Positions 63,241 through 64,000 of a stretch of DNA of 64,000 nt are shown one piece after another. This stretch comes from Raillietiella orientalis. Lineage: Eukaryota. The stretch spans positions 682,001 to 746,000 of the forward strand of contig JAYWIR010000056.1 of assembly GCA_036172245.1 (NCBI GenBank). Reading direction: 5' to 3'. The notes under the pieces are model-generated. The model saw only the letters and a list, made by a program, of their open reading frames with translations, had not been told where the DNA came from and did not search any database. Within the stretch, counting starts at the first letter, position 1. Every line of letters starts with the position of its first letter. Position numbers and translations under genes: made by a program.

Positions 63241-64000
63241 CACCCAACATTAGAAAACGAACCGAGGAACTCCTGAGGAAAGCCCTTTGGGTCACAGGGA
63301 CGTCCCAAGTTCTCTTAAAACACTTGTGTGCTCCGCGTAAGGATGGTGGACCTGGCTTCCTCACTCTGGGGCGGATGGAGCGACAGCTCCAATTCAGAAG
63401 ACTCGCCCTTGCGGCGAAGTTTTGGACAGCGCCTTGCTGCGCGTCTGCACGACTCCTCACCAGAAGTGCGACCAGCTGCGAAGGATTGACCTTGATCCTC
63501 GTGGCCAACGAGACCAGCCTGAGACAATGTGACCATCACCTGCGTCAAATGGTTGCACTGATGCAGGAGAACACTTGGATCACCTGCCTCCCTGCGAACT
63601 GCACTGCCTGGTTTCAGGAGTCAGTTTCCGCATGGGGAAAGATCAACGGCTCGGGAGAAGTGGAGTACGCCTGCCTCTGGGAAGGGAGGGACGCTCGACA
63701 GCTCCTGCAGGAGATCGTGTAAAACCCCCGCAAACTGCTGTAGGTTTCGTTCATCCCTCTTGCCCCAGTGCCGCCCTCCCTTAAGAATGCTAGGGACAGC
63801 AATCATCCGACAAAGTGAGAAGTATCCTGTCTCCTTCAAGGCAGAAGGAAACTTTTACATGCTCGGACAACTCGGCAGCTAATGGACGCTGCCACCCCGA
63901 GTGTCCCGCCAAAAGTACTTGTTAGCTGGGGTGGGATGCTCACAATACCTTTGGAGGAGGTGAAGTGGTACCCAGCTTGTTGGGACAATGGCGCCCTCCC
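63225..64000 (+). mobile_element. 5'-truncated L1/Tx1-type LINE (ORF2 C-terminal part), running off the window
   Basis: PPNIRKRTEELLRKALW....V..KHLCAPRKDGGPGF matches the LW..V..L..P...GGLG motif downstream of L1/Tx1 RT. Confidence 0.75.

Noticed and set aside
62919..63722. 267-aa ORF as a host gene
   Set aside because: Chimera of antisense left-arm and sense right-arm LINE sequence.

Overview
Eukaryotic genomic DNA, most likely from an arthropod (inferred from gene content and sequences). It alternates between GC/CpG-rich blocks (about 1-27.6 kb, 33.3-41.5 kb, 51-64 kb) and AT-rich, CpG-poor blocks (about 27.7-33.2 kb, 41.7-50 kb). Gene models were built by hand from splice signals and recalled family motifs: single-exon NUPR1/p8 (+), a 9-exon GluN3-like NMDA receptor subunit (+, about 1189 aa), 7-exon POLG2 (+, 367 aa, one GC-AG intron), 5-exon KDEL receptor (+, 212 aa), a mitochondrial GatC-like ORF with an unresolved 3' end (-), and a 10-exon SLC17-family transporter (-, 549 aa). 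The rest is mainly decayed L1/Tx1-type LINEs, three copies of a long tRNA-derived SINE, a probable Ty3/Gypsy relic, minisatellites and palindromes. The most notable observations are two U2 snRNA 5' fragments with target-site duplications lying antisense in introns of the receptor gene (one beside a predicted branch site), a pore-loop AGC-CAC codon pair two A-to-G changes from the GluN3 Gly-Arg motif, POLG2-GatC linkage, and two minisatellites sharing an AACAATGCTTT core. No database search was possible, so novelty is unproven. Most ORFs in the supplied track are GC-driven noise.
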